Source: Selenomonadaceae bacterium
GTDB taxonomy: Bacteria > Bacillota > Negativicutes > Selenomonadales > Selenomonadaceae
Length of the DNA: 64,000 bases
Assembly (NCBI GenBank): GCA_022773425.1
Contig: JALFBM010000031.1
Location: forward strand, 13,905 to 77,904
Reading direction: 5' to 3'
Position numbers and translations under genes: made by a program. Below, piece by piece: positions 45,957 through 55,072 of this stretch. The notes below the pieces were generated by a model, which saw only the letters and a program-made list of their open reading frames with translations, was not told the origin of the DNA and searched no databases. The stretch's first letter is position 1; the number at the start of each line of letters is the position of its first letter.

Positions 45957-47233
45957 CGAAGCCCCCTGTCCGGACTGCTCCAGGTAGCGTTGGTGTTCAG
46001 ATCGCGCAGAAACCCTTTCGGCAGCGAGCAGACCGATGCCAGGGAATTGAACATCCAGTAGAACAGCGGATACCATGGCGCCCAAAAGAAGATTTTCCAA
46101 AGGCCGGCATCGTAGTGCGAATCCAGCAGCAGGCTCACGAGAATCTGCAGCAGGCTGACGCTCGCAAGAATCATGCCGTTCCAGCCCCAAAACAGGCCGA
46201 ATACCTCCTGCGGCAGCACATCCTGCCCGCTGAGGAAATTCACGAGCACGTGGAGCCCGTTTACAAACAGCAGGAAGAAAAACGCCAGCGCCCAGAACGC
46301 AGAGAAGATATAGTCCATATAGATGGGCCAGCTGCGGCGCTCTTTCCAGGAATGCCAGATGTTGCTGTGCAGGCGAAGCACCTCGATGCCGCCCTGTGCC
46401 CAGCGCAGCCTTTGCCGCCACAGACCCCGGATAGTCTCCGGCACGAGCATCCAGCAGAGCATGTTCGGCTCGTAGCGGATATCCCAAAAATGCGTTTCCA
46501 GCCGCCAGGTCATCTCGATATCGTCGGTGACCGAAACCGGGTTCCAAAGGCCGGAATGGATAACCGCCGTGCGGCGCCAGGCCGCGACGACGCCGGAAAC
46601 GGTCATGACCTTGCCGAGCAGGCGCTGTGTCCGTTTGATCAGGCCAATGACGCTCGAGTATTCCGCAATCTGGATTTTCGCGAGCAGGGTGCTGCGGTTA
46701 CGGATGCGCGGATTGCCCGTGACCGCACCGACGCGCGGGAATTTCACGAAATGCCATACCGCCCATTCGATGGCGTGCCGGTCCAGCATGGAATCCGCGT
46801 CCAGCGTCACGAGCACGTCTCCGTGGCTCACGGCAAGCGCCAGGTTGAGCCCCTGCGCCTTGCCGAGGTTCTGCCGCAGATGCACGATCCGCAGCGCCGA
46901 AAACTCCCCGAGGAGCCGGTCGAGCACGCGCTGCGTGCCGTCCGTGCTCGCGTCATTGATCACGATGACCTCAAGTCTCGGGTAGTCGTTCGCGAAAATC
47001 GACCGCACGGCATCCTCGATGTCCTGCTCCTCATTATGCGCCGGAATCAGCACGGAAACCAGCGGATACGCGTCGAGCACCGGCGGCGTTCTCGGCACGC
47101 CGCGCTCGCGCCGCCAATAAAAGAAAATTCCTCCCATCATCCAAACCATACTCATGATGACCGGATAGTAGAAGACATAGTTCATCAGCCAGCCGTAACC
47201 GGATGAAAGAATCTCTGTCATCACAACGTCCAT
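45953..47233 (-). CDS. pgaC: Poly-beta-1,6-N-acetyl-D-glucosamine synthase (GT2)
   Basis: VLIPAHNEE, LDADS and QRLRWAQGG (QxxRW) motifs, with flanking TM helices. Confidence 0.9.
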   Translation of the reverse strand: MDVVMTEILSSGYGWLMNYVFYYPVIMSMVWMMGGIFFYWRRERGVPRTPPVLDAYPLVSVLIPAHNEEQDIEDAVRSIFANDYPRLEVIVINDASTDGTQRVLDRLLGEFSALRIVHLRQNLGKAQGLNLALAVSHGDVLVTLDADSMLDRHAIEWAVWHFVKFPRVGAVTGNPRIRNRSTLLAKIQIAEYSSVIGLIKRTQRLLGKVMTVSGVVAAWRRTAVIHSGLWNPVSVTDDIEMTWRLETHFWDIRYEPNMLCWMLVPETIRGLWRQRLRWAQGGIEVLRLHSNIWHSWKERRSWPIYMDYIFSAFWALAFFFLLFVNGLHVLVNFLSGQDVLPQEVFGLFWGWNGMILASVSLLQILVSLLLDSHYDAGLWKIFFWAPWYPLFYWMFNSLASVCSLPKGFLRDLNTNATWSSPDRGLR

Positions 47234-47250
47234 GTAGTATCCCTTCTGCG

Positions 47251-49119
47251 TTACTTATCCCACCGATAAAAGCTGTGCGGATAAACGCCGCGATTCCTCA
47301 TCCCCGCCTTCCGCAGGGTATCGAGTTCCGCCCGGACCTCCTTGTCCGAGAGCCATTTCTCTTTGGCCCAGTCATAGGTCTGCACCTTGACGATGGTCCG
47401 CTTCTCGCCGCCGGCCTTCTGTATGGCCTTCGCGGTTTTCCTTAGTGCCTCGTCCGGGTGCTTTTCCTTGTCCATATACGGATAGGCCATGACGACCGTA
47501 TAATCGTAGCGCGTCAGATAATCCGGGTACGACTGCGCGAACCATTCCTGTGAGGCGGGATTGGTCACGGCCTCTGCGTAAATATCCCGCATGGCAAGGC
47601 CCTCCGGACGGCTCTCACGGAAGGACGAGAGACAGACATCCGCCACGTGGTCGAGCTGTCTGGTCTTGAGCTCCGTCCATTGCCGCATCGCCTTCGGGTC
47701 TGTGCGCGAAAGGGTCCCGAGGTCTTTGCCATACGCTTTCTGATAGGCCGCGCGGGCCGGTGCCGATACGTCCTCGAAATCGTTGAGGTAGAGATCGTCC
47801 TGAAACAGGATGCCCTCTGCCGGGGTATACCGCCCGAGGTCGCGGAACAAGGCGGCGGCCTTCTGCAGCGACGCCTCATCAAAGGGGCTGATGCGCGCAT
47901 ACCAACCGGCCTTGTCCGGGGATTCCGCCCGAACGAGATTGCTGCCGTCCTTCGCGAAAAAGGCCTGGCAAGTCAACGCGGGCATCCACGCAACGACCTT
48001 GATGCCCGCCTGCTGCAGGGCATTGCAGACATCGTTGAACGCATCGGCCGCGACCGGCACCTCCTGGTTGTAGAAATACACCTGCTGATAGTTGCCGTCT
48101 CCGTCTGGATCGGCAAAGGCCTGCAGCGCCACGAGCGAGATGTGATTGTCCTTGAGCTCCCGGACCGTCCATGCGATATTCTGACGGAATGCCCGAGCAT
48201 CCTTGTTGTAGAGTGGATCGATGTCGAGCTGTACCATGCGGATGGGGCGGCTGTCCCATGCCGCGTGATCTTTTGTCAGGAGCGACGAAAGCCCTTTGAC
48301 CGTCACATCCGACCCCATGATCATGCGCCGCGCATAGGTCTCGTACTTGGGCTCCGCCTCGTTGATACCGCCGTCGAGCAGGAAGGAAGCAGCCATGCCG
48401 TGTTTTTCCGCCGCCCGGATCGACGCGCCCGAATACATACCATAGGGCCAGACGATCGCCTTCGACGGATGCCCGAGATGCAGCTCGAACAGCCGCTGCG
48501 TCTCGCGCATATCGTCGTCCAGGCGCTTTTCGTACGCTGCCTCGGTCTCATAGTGGCCCTGCTGGTACAGGTGGTTCGCCGCGATGCCGCTCGCACCGCC
48601 AAGCGGCGCCATCGCGCGCTGCTTATGCATGGCATGCGTATGCGAGACAACCGTCACGAGACCGCTCTGTTCCATTTCGCGGAGCTGTGCCCAGCTCGCC
48701 ACCGAGCGGACATCCGTCGGCTTGCCCTCCCCGTCCGTCCACGACGTCACGATGGCGAGCATGCACGGAATATGCTCTCGTTTGAGGATGGGATACACCT
48801 TCGTGTAGAACGACGCATAGCCGTCATCAAAGGTCAGCATGACGCTTTTTTCCGGCAGAATGCGCTTGCCCTGTGTATAAGCGATATACTCATCCAACGT
48901 CACAAAATGGTACTGCTGCGCCTTCAGGTACTCGACCTGCCGCAGAAAATTCTCACGCGAAACGGCAAAATAATCCCCGGAGCGATCGATTTCATGGTAG
49001 CAGAGAATCGGTAGCTGCGTCTTTGCCAGGACCGGCGCAGGGCCAACCGCCAAAGTGCAGACCATGAGCAGCAGGAAAAGCAGCCCTCGCAGGACACGGA
49101 CGAAAGGTTTGTTTTTCAT
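47251..49119 (-). CDS. pgaB: PNAG N-deacetylase/export lipoprotein PgaB-like
   Basis: Signal peptide, a CE4 domain (FDDGY, SHTHAMH) and a C-terminal glycoside-hydrolase-like domain. The ATG 49119 start is preferred over GTG 49131. Confidence 0.85.
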   Translation of the reverse strand: MKNKPFVRVLRGLLFLLLMVCTLAVGPAPVLAKTQLPILCYHEIDRSGDYFAVSRENFLRQVEYLKAQQYHFVTLDEYIAYTQGKRILPEKSVMLTFDDGYASFYTKVYPILKREHIPCMLAIVTSWTDGEGKPTDVRSVASWAQLREMEQSGLVTVVSHTHAMHKQRAMAPLGGASGIAANHLYQQGHYETEAAYEKRLDDDMRETQRLFELHLGHPSKAIVWPYGMYSGASIRAAEKHGMAASFLLDGGINEAEPKYETYARRMIMGSDVTVKGLSSLLTKDHAAWDSRPIRMVQLDIDPLYNKDARAFRQNIAWTVRELKDNHISLVALQAFADPDGDGNYQQVYFYNQEVPVAADAFNDVCNALQQAGIKVVAWMPALTCQAFFAKDGSNLVRAESPDKAGWYARISPFDEASLQKAAALFRDLGRYTPAEGILFQDDLYLNDFEDVSAPARAAYQKAYGKDLGTLSRTDPKAMRQWTELKTRQLDHVADVCLSSFRESRPEGLAMRDIYAEAVTNPASQEWFAQSYPDYLTRYDYTVVMAYPYMDKEKHPDEALRKTAKAIQKAGGEKRTIVKVQTYDWAKEKWLSDKEVRAELDTLRKAGMRNRGVYPHSFYRWDK

Positions 49120-49124
49120 GGCGT

Positions 49125-51020
49125 TCACCACCCAATCTCATAATGGACATCAAAGCCATAGCCATTCGGACGACGGTGCTCGCCGCCCGGCTGATGGAAA
49201 TACCAGTTGTACTGCGCACCGAGCAGCAGCGATTGACCGGCCGGCAGATCCTCATGCCACGCAAGGCGACTGTACGGGGAAAACGACATCGGGTCATCGT
49301 CATCCCGGCTCCAGTCCAGCATCTGGATCCACTCGATCTGGCGCCCGCGCCGCGGGATAAACCATTTGCGGCTGAACCCGGCCGCGTAATCGACGCTGCA
49401 ATCCGGCGAATCGTACCGATCCCGTTCCTCGCGATAGTGCTCATGCCCATAGGAAAAGAGCAGGGCATCCCGGTAGGTATGCCGCAGCGACAGGCGGTAA
49501 CTGCCATCCAGCCCCCACGCGCGGGAGTCGTTTCCATCGGCTAGGGCGCTCCACGCATAATCCACGCCGATCCGCCAGCGCTCCCACGGCAGGAGATCCA
49601 GATGCAGGCTGTGGAAATCCTCGCAGATCTTGTCGGCCACCGTCCCCGCCGCATCGTGCGGGCGGCGCCCTATCGCAAAGCTGAGGCGCATCGCGTCGCT
49701 GCCCTCATAGGTCAGGCTCGCCGTGTAACCGCCACGAAAGCCGCTGCCGAAGGCATTGCCGGTCATCTGTGCCTCGCCGCGCTCGAATCGATACGCTGCG
49801 CCGGCGTATGACGAACGATACGACGTGTGCAGCCGGTCATCCTGCAGACGGGTGAAGCCGAGCCCCGCGACGCCGTAGAGATTGCCGCCAAGATACGCAC
49901 GATAATCCGCCGTCCACGCGGACGCGTGGTTGCGCTTGTTATCGAGCGAGGAGGTATAGGCAAGCGCGAGATCCTGATCCGTCTGATGCGCGAGCAGCGC
50001 CCCGGCGGAAAGCACGGCCGGGTGGTCGTTCGCCTCCGAGAGCGCCTGGGAAAATTCGCATTCGGCAGCGCCACGCCAGCCCTGATTGGCCGCATTCTTG
50101 ACGAGAGCCGCGCGCGCACGGGTGCGGACCTCCAGATTCCCGCTTTTCGTCAGCGGTTTCAGGACGCGCTGGATTTCATGAAAATAACCCTTCCCGTCCA
50201 GCAGCTCGTCGCGAACAAAATTCTGCCTTTCATTCTGCAGATCGTCCGTCGCCGCCACGAGCGCCTCGCCATAGCGCAGCGCGTAGCGTTCCGCCTCGCC
50301 GGACGTCTCGCCGGCGAGCCGGTAAACCAGGCGGGCCATTTCCAGCTTGCCCTCGCGCAGATAGGCATCACCGTCGCCGGCGACGGCATCCGCAAATTTT
50401 GGATTATGTCGCAGGACCTCCCGATACTCTGCCGCGGCCTTCCCTTCCCGGCCGAGCATGGCCAGTGCATAGGCGTTCGACAGATGCACGTAATCGAGGT
50501 TTTCCCGCTTGTTGATGAAGGCGTAGACCGCACTCGCCTGACGCCAGTCACCCGCGCGCAAATAAATATCCCCGACCGTCTGCAGGCCATACGACGGCAC
50601 CTGCTGCCAATCCGGACAGTAGGTCCGAAATACCTCGAGCGCCTCTTTGCCGCGGTTGTCAAAGCGCAGGGCCATCATGTAGTCGCAGATCATATGGCCG
50701 CTGGCCTTCCTGCTCTCGACATAGGGCTTTAGGATCCGCGCGGAGCGGTCGTATTCACCGGCATGGATGTAGAGTGCCGCCCGTCTCGCATCGACATCAC
50801 GGACAAGATCTTCTGCGGCGGATGGCGCAGCCTTTTTTGCCTGCGCAAAAGCGTCCTCTGCCGCGACGAAATTGCCGCGGCCCATTTCCTCCTCGCCCTG
50901 TGTCAGGAACACCGTATACGCCGACGGCGCCGCGTCCACCAGGCCGTCTCCAGCCTGCCAAATCCAAAGACAGGTGCAGCCGAGCAGCGCCAGGCCTTTT
51001 CTTCCTATGAAAACAGCCAT
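49125..51020 (-). CDS. pgaA: PgaA-like outer-membrane PNAG export porin (TPR + beta-barrel)
   Basis: 631 aa with a signal sequence, TPR-like N-half and a Gly/Tyr/Arg-rich alternating C-half ending in aromatic ...HYEIGW. Operon position upstream of pgaB. Confidence 0.65.
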   Translation of the reverse strand: MAVFIGRKGLALLGCTCLWIWQAGDGLVDAAPSAYTVFLTQGEEEMGRGNFVAAEDAFAQAKKAAPSAAEDLVRDVDARRAALYIHAGEYDRSARILKPYVESRKASGHMICDYMMALRFDNRGKEALEVFRTYCPDWQQVPSYGLQTVGDIYLRAGDWRQASAVYAFINKRENLDYVHLSNAYALAMLGREGKAAAEYREVLRHNPKFADAVAGDGDAYLREGKLEMARLVYRLAGETSGEAERYALRYGEALVAATDDLQNERQNFVRDELLDGKGYFHEIQRVLKPLTKSGNLEVRTRARAALVKNAANQGWRGAAECEFSQALSEANDHPAVLSAGALLAHQTDQDLALAYTSSLDNKRNHASAWTADYRAYLGGNLYGVAGLGFTRLQDDRLHTSYRSSYAGAAYRFERGEAQMTGNAFGSGFRGGYTASLTYEGSDAMRLSFAIGRRPHDAAGTVADKICEDFHSLHLDLLPWERWRIGVDYAWSALADGNDSRAWGLDGSYRLSLRHTYRDALLFSYGHEHYREERDRYDSPDCSVDYAAGFSRKWFIPRRGRQIEWIQMLDWSRDDDDPMSFSPYSRLAWHEDLPAGQSLLLGAQYNWYFHQPGGEHRRPNGYGFDVHYEIGW

Positions 51021-51021
51021 G

Positions 51022-51930
51022 TCATCCCTCCTTCATGACCTCTGCGTAGAGAAAGCCCTCGCGCACGCCGGAATCACTGTACGTGATGGTGGCGCACTGG
51101 AAGCGGTCCGCGAGCACCTCGGCGATGATGAGCCCTGGGATCACGGTCTCCATGCGGTCCGGCACGGTCTTCATGAGCATGATGGTCATCTCCTGGGAAA
51201 TGCCGTGGTCGGATTGGAACCTGGAGATCAGCGAAAGCAGCTGATCCGCGTTCATGCGCACGTTTGTGGCGGGCTGGTGAAACAGGGCGTTGTAGAGCGC
51301 GCAGCCACCCTTGAACGCGCCGCCGATGCCGACGATTTCCTCGCCGCGCTCCGGGAACTCCTCCATCGCGCCCATGACGCGCTCCGCCTCATCGCGGATG
51401 GCGATGCATTCGCGGCGCGTCGGCAGTACGCCCGCGACAAAGCGGCTGTCCATCGAGAGCGAACCCATCGGCAGGCTGACCTTGGACCGGATGCTCCGGT
51501 TCTCGTAGCTGACGATCTCCGTACTGCCGCCGCCGATATCGATGAGCAGACCGTCCTCCGCCGCGAGGCTGTGCGTCGCGCCGATAAAGTCGTACTCAGC
51601 CTCGCGCTCGCCGGATATCACCTGGATGGAGAGCCCCGTACGCGCCTCGATCTCCGCGACGGCCTCGCGGCTGTTGCTCGCGTTGCGAAGCGCCGCCGTC
51701 GTAAACGCGTAGACCGCGGTGATCTGGAACGTATGCAGGAACGACTGGAACTCCTGCAGGACGCGGACCGCCGCGTCAATGCCGCTCTGCTGCATCACGC
51801 CATTTTGGACATGTGCGGCGAGCCCGACCATGTGCTTCTTTTTCATCAGCATCTCCATGCGGCTGCCCTCGATCAGATAGACCGCGAGACGCACCGTGTT
51901 CGAGCCGATATCGATGATTCCTGTCAGCAT
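51022..51930 (-). CDS. Ppx/GppA-family phosphatase (single ~300-aa catalytic module)
   Basis: ASKHA motifs IIDIGSNTVRL and LIDIGGGSTE. The stop lies 1 nt before the pgaA ATG, and the pgaA RBS (GAAGGAGGGA) sits inside its last codons. Confidence 0.8.
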   Translation of the reverse strand: MLTGIIDIGSNTVRLAVYLIEGSRMEMLMKKKHMVGLAAHVQNGVMQQSGIDAAVRVLQEFQSFLHTFQITAVYAFTTAALRNASNSREAVAEIEARTGLSIQVISGEREAEYDFIGATHSLAAEDGLLIDIGGGSTEIVSYENRSIRSKVSLPMGSLSMDSRFVAGVLPTRRECIAIRDEAERVMGAMEEFPERGEEIVGIGGAFKGGCALYNALFHQPATNVRMNADQLLSLISRFQSDHGISQEMTIMLMKTVPDRMETVIPGLIIAEVLADRFQCATITYSDSGVREGFLYAEVMKEG

Positions 51931-52028
51931 CGTTTTTCCTCCGCCTTGTCTTCCACTTCTTTTCTTGCCCCTATTCTATCACATTTGTCACAGGAAATGG
52001 CCATGATTCGCTAATTGTGAAATTTTTG

Positions 52029-52057
52029 TTGCATTCAACCACAAGATGTTGTATGAT
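52029..52057 (+). promoter_or_regulatory. Candidate promoter of a short transcript upstream of the Tad locus
   Basis: TTGCAT (52029-34), 17 nt, TATGAT (52052-57). Confidence 0.45.
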
Positions 52058-52063
52058 AAGCGT

Positions 52064-52151
52064 GGGAGGACTACTACATATCGTTATGTGGTAGTTTGGC
52101 GAGAATGTATAGAGGTGGCAGAAACGGGAACGTTCGGTAGTTCCCGTTTTT
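52064..52151 (+). ncRNA. Candidate ~90-nt small RNA or terminated leader
   Basis: Internal hairpin actactacata/tatgtggtagt (52070-52095). Terminator aaacgggaa/ttcccgttt (52122-49) followed by TTTTTG. No convincing ORF. Confidence 0.35.
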
Positions 52152-52314
52152 GTGTTGCAAAAAATAAAAATGTGGATTTGATAGGCCTCAAGACCCATAT
52201 GCCGATGGAAGAAACAGACAGAATATGTTAAACTAAAGGATAGAGTTTCACAAGAAAAAATCCGAATTCTTTTGCGAAATAAATTCCATTCTTTTCCCAT
52301 GGGGAGGTAAGAAT

Positions 52315-53706
52315 ATGAAGGTTTTTTCCAGGCTTTATCCGCGAAGCAGCGATCAGCGCGGCGCTTCGATGATCCTGACCGCATTCTTTATTCCTGTCGC
52401 GGTTTCTCTGATGGGCTTCACCATGGACTGCGGCACCGCTTATTACCGCTATTCCCAGCTGCAGAACGCGACGGATGCCGCCGTGCTCGCCGGTGCGAAC
52501 GCCTACTACAACTACCGGGAGAGCACCTCTTCGCATCCCCGGGCAGATCAGGAGGCGGCGCGCTACATTTCCGGGGATAAAAACAATCTGCCCGCCCAGG
52601 CTGTCGCGGAACTATCCGGCAGTCCGGTCTATCAGGCGAAGATCTACAACGATACGACCTACTATCATGTCAAGGCGACGCAGGAGGTATCGACGATTTT
52701 CCTGCGGCATCTGCCCGGCATGAAAGAAACGATCACCGTGCACGCCGCCAGCACCGCCGCCATCAGCAGCCAAAAGGATTCTTCCGTAACCGAACAGAAA
52801 GACGGAAAGCAGCTGTTTATCTTCCAAAAGGACCTGAATATCGTAAACTCCATTGAAAATCCGGACCGCGTCGGCCGCCCCAACGACCCGGGCGGCAAGA
52901 TTGTGACGACGTTCGACGGCGGCGTCGCCTACACGGACGATCACGCCACCTATAACTACAGCTCACAGTCAAGCCAGCTGCATTATCTCTTCACGGAGTT
53001 GGCCAGGAAAAAGGGCCTGGGCGTCAATGAGGCCATTGCGCAAAACAATCCGTCCGATGAAAACAAACGCTACACCAGCCAGATCACGAAAACGACCTAC
53101 GACTTCGACGCGCTCTGGAACAGCGTAGCCAGGCATGTCTCAAGCAACCCGGTGACCGATCAGAACCCCAACGCATCCACCTTTGCCAACCAGCAATATG
53201 TGACCTTCAACACGGACCGTACGAACAACATCAATCTGACGATAGACCGCGCGATTGCCGGGGATAGCAATCAGCCCGTCTATATGCTGATCAAGGCGGG
53301 CGAGTGGAGCGGCCTCAGCGTCCTGAACGTCAACCTCAATGCGGATACGAGACGCCCGCTGATCATCTGTCTCGATCCGGACAATGCCAGAAACCGCAAT
53401 CAGTGGGCACAGATCCATATCAACCTGAACGGCCATACCTTCCGCGGCATCGTCTATGCCAAGAACATGTCGGACGAAGGCGTTCTGATCAACGCCAATG
53501 GCGGCACCTTCCAGGGCTCGATCATGGCCAAGAGCATCAACCTGCAGGGGGGCGCGGGGACCTATCGCTATGAGTACTTCCAGGGCATCAGCCCGGCCGG
53601 TCAAAACAGCGGTTCGTCGAGTGGGAACGAAGGATCAAACCCATATTCCGGTTCCAAAACGCCAAAGATCACCCTCACCTCGCCGGAGGGCCTGACGTGG
53701 GATTAA
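52315..53706 (+). CDS. TadG-like (TadE/G N-terminal domain) pilus-associated protein
   Basis: N-terminal RGASMILTAFFIPVAVSLMGFTMD hydrophobic segment typical of TadG/Tad_N, followed by a large soluble domain. GGGGAGG RBS. Confidence 0.65.
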   Translation: MKVFSRLYPRSSDQRGASMILTAFFIPVAVSLMGFTMDCGTAYYRYSQLQNATDAAVLAGANAYYNYRESTSSHPRADQEAARYISGDKNNLPAQAVAELSGSPVYQAKIYNDTTYYHVKATQEVSTIFLRHLPGMKETITVHAASTAAISSQKDSSVTEQKDGKQLFIFQKDLNIVNSIENPDRVGRPNDPGGKIVTTFDGGVAYTDDHATYNYSSQSSQLHYLFTELARKKGLGVNEAIAQNNPSDENKRYTSQITKTTYDFDALWNSVARHVSSNPVTDQNPNASTFANQQYVTFNTDRTNNINLTIDRAIAGDSNQPVYMLIKAGEWSGLSVLNVNLNADTRRPLIICLDPDNARNRNQWAQIHINLNGHTFRGIVYAKNMSDEGVLINANGGTFQGSIMAKSINLQGGAGTYRYEYFQGISPAGQNSGSSSGNEGSNPYSGSKTPKITLTSPEGLTWD

Positions 53707-54077
53707 GCCATAGGGCCGGGTTCCACGGATAGGCTTTGCCCTTTCCGCAGCCCGAGCCGGTCGGCTTCTCCCGCGGGGAGTTCCACGACCGCCCAGGCAG
53801 AGAGGCATAGCGAAAGACCGATCCAGGGCCGCAGATGCCGGACGACCTTCTGAATGCGCAGCGTTTTGTCGAGATAGACCGCATCGATGGCAAAGCGCAT
53901 AAAGCACATATGGATGCTGTTACAGGGCGCAAGAAGCAGCCCATGCTGCGCCGGCAGTTTTTTTCGGAGCATCAGTCCGCGAAAGCGAGAGAAAAAAGAA
54001 TCCGCCACCTCCAGCGTGAGGGGCGGATTCTTTTTGTCGGCTTTTGCAGAAGGAATGTGGCAGCGTATCGTTTTCAA
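53703..54077 (-). CDS. DUF192-family protein
   Basis: 124 aa with FRGLM...LL..PCNSIHMCFMRFAIDAVYLD, a pattern I associate with DUF192 (COG1430). TTG start after GGAGGGA. Confidence 0.55.
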   Translation of the reverse strand: MKTIRCHIPSAKADKKNPPLTLEVADSFFSRFRGLMLRKKLPAQHGLLLAPCNSIHMCFMRFAIDAVYLDKTLRIQKVVRHLRPWIGLSLCLSAWAVVELPAGEADRLGLRKGQSLSVEPGPMA

Positions 54078-54115
54078 CGCAAAAATCCCTCCATCATATA
54101 AGGCATAGAACGCCT

Positions 54116-55072
54116 TTACATCGTTTTCATCAAGGCGAGCAGCGACGGGACCAAGGTCACGACGAAAATCGCCGGGAAAATGAACAGGACGAGCGGGAAC
54201 AGGATCTTGATCGGTGCGCGCATTGCCTCCGCTTTGATGTACTGGCGGCGGCGCTCGCGGATGTTATCCGCCTGGTTCTTCAACGTTTTCCCCATGCTCG
54301 AACCGAGCTTCTCGGCCTGAATCAGCGCCGTCATAAACAGGGACACATCCTGCAGCTCGCAGCGCGCCGCCAAATGCTTCATCGCGTTGCGGCGGATCAT
54401 CCCCATGCGCACATCGTCCTGAAAATGCTTGAATTCATCGATCAGGGGGCCTTTCATGCGGTCCGTGATTTTCCGCAGCGCCGCATCGAAGGAAAGACCG
54501 GCCTGCACGCTGACACAGAGCAGATCCAGGACCTCGGGAAGCTGGCGCATGATCATGTTCTTTCTTTTTTGGATATTCGCATTCAGGACCGCGATGGGCA
54601 CGTAACCGCCGGCAATCGAGCCAAAGAATAGGAACAGACCCATCTTTAGGGCATCCGTTCCCTGCATGGCCGTGTAGTACCAGACCATCAGAAAGACCAG
54701 CACCGCGGAAAGCAGCATCGTGCCAAACAGCGTCTCCGGCTTGATCTCCTGCGTTTTTCCAGCCAGCACGATTTTATGCTGCAGCCATTCGCGCCATTCT
54801 TTCGGCGTCATCTGATTCGCGAGCTGAGAAAAATAGTCTTCCAGCGGAAGCACGACACGCTCGACGAACGGGATATCCTTCAGCTGGCGTTTGGTATTCT
54901 GCCCGGAAGGAAAGATACGGACTTCGTTCGGCCGGTGGTGCATCGTGCGGATGTTGTTGAGCCGCGCGCGGAGCTGATCGTTCGGTGCGATCTTCTGATG
55001 GATAAGATACCGCAGAAGCAGAAAGACAAAGCAGGCACCGGACAGCGCAAAGAGCAGACGTAAGACAAGCAT
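54116..55072 (-). CDS. tadC: Tad pilus platform protein TadC (T2SS F-type)
   Basis: 318 aa with a T2SSF-type domain and 3-4 TM segments. ATGA overlap with the cpaF stop. Confidence 0.8.
   Translation of the reverse strand: MLVLRLLFALSGACFVFLLLRYLIHQKIAPNDQLRARLNNIRTMHHRPNEVRIFPSGQNTKRQLKDIPFVERVVLPLEDYFSQLANQMTPKEWREWLQHKIVLAGKTQEIKPETLFGTMLLSAVLVFLMVWYYTAMQGTDALKMGLFLFFGSIAGGYVPIAVLNANIQKRKNMIMRQLPEVLDLLCVSVQAGLSFDAALRKITDRMKGPLIDEFKHFQDDVRMGMIRRNAMKHLAARCELQDVSLFMTALIQAEKLGSSMGKTLKNQADNIRERRRQYIKAEAMRAPIKILFPLVLFIFPAIFVVTLVPSLLALMKTM

Noticed and set aside
45957-46547. N-terminal 197-aa extension of the pgaD ORF (362-aa version in the track)
   Set aside because: The extension lies entirely inside pgaC in another frame and is Ala/Arg/Gly-rich nonsense. 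The ATGA-coupled start at 45956 gives a PgaD-sized two-TM protein.
52064-52151. c-di-GMP riboswitch (class I or II) in front of pilus genes
   Set aside because: The conserved strings I recall (GCAAA...GGGACGCAAAGCC for class I; GGGCAC...GCAACCGACC for class II) are absent.
52046-52231. 61-aa plus-strand ORF in the ppx / TadG-like intergenic region
   Set aside because: It has no RBS, starts upstream of the predicted transcription start and runs through an intrinsic terminator. Its composition looks non-coding.
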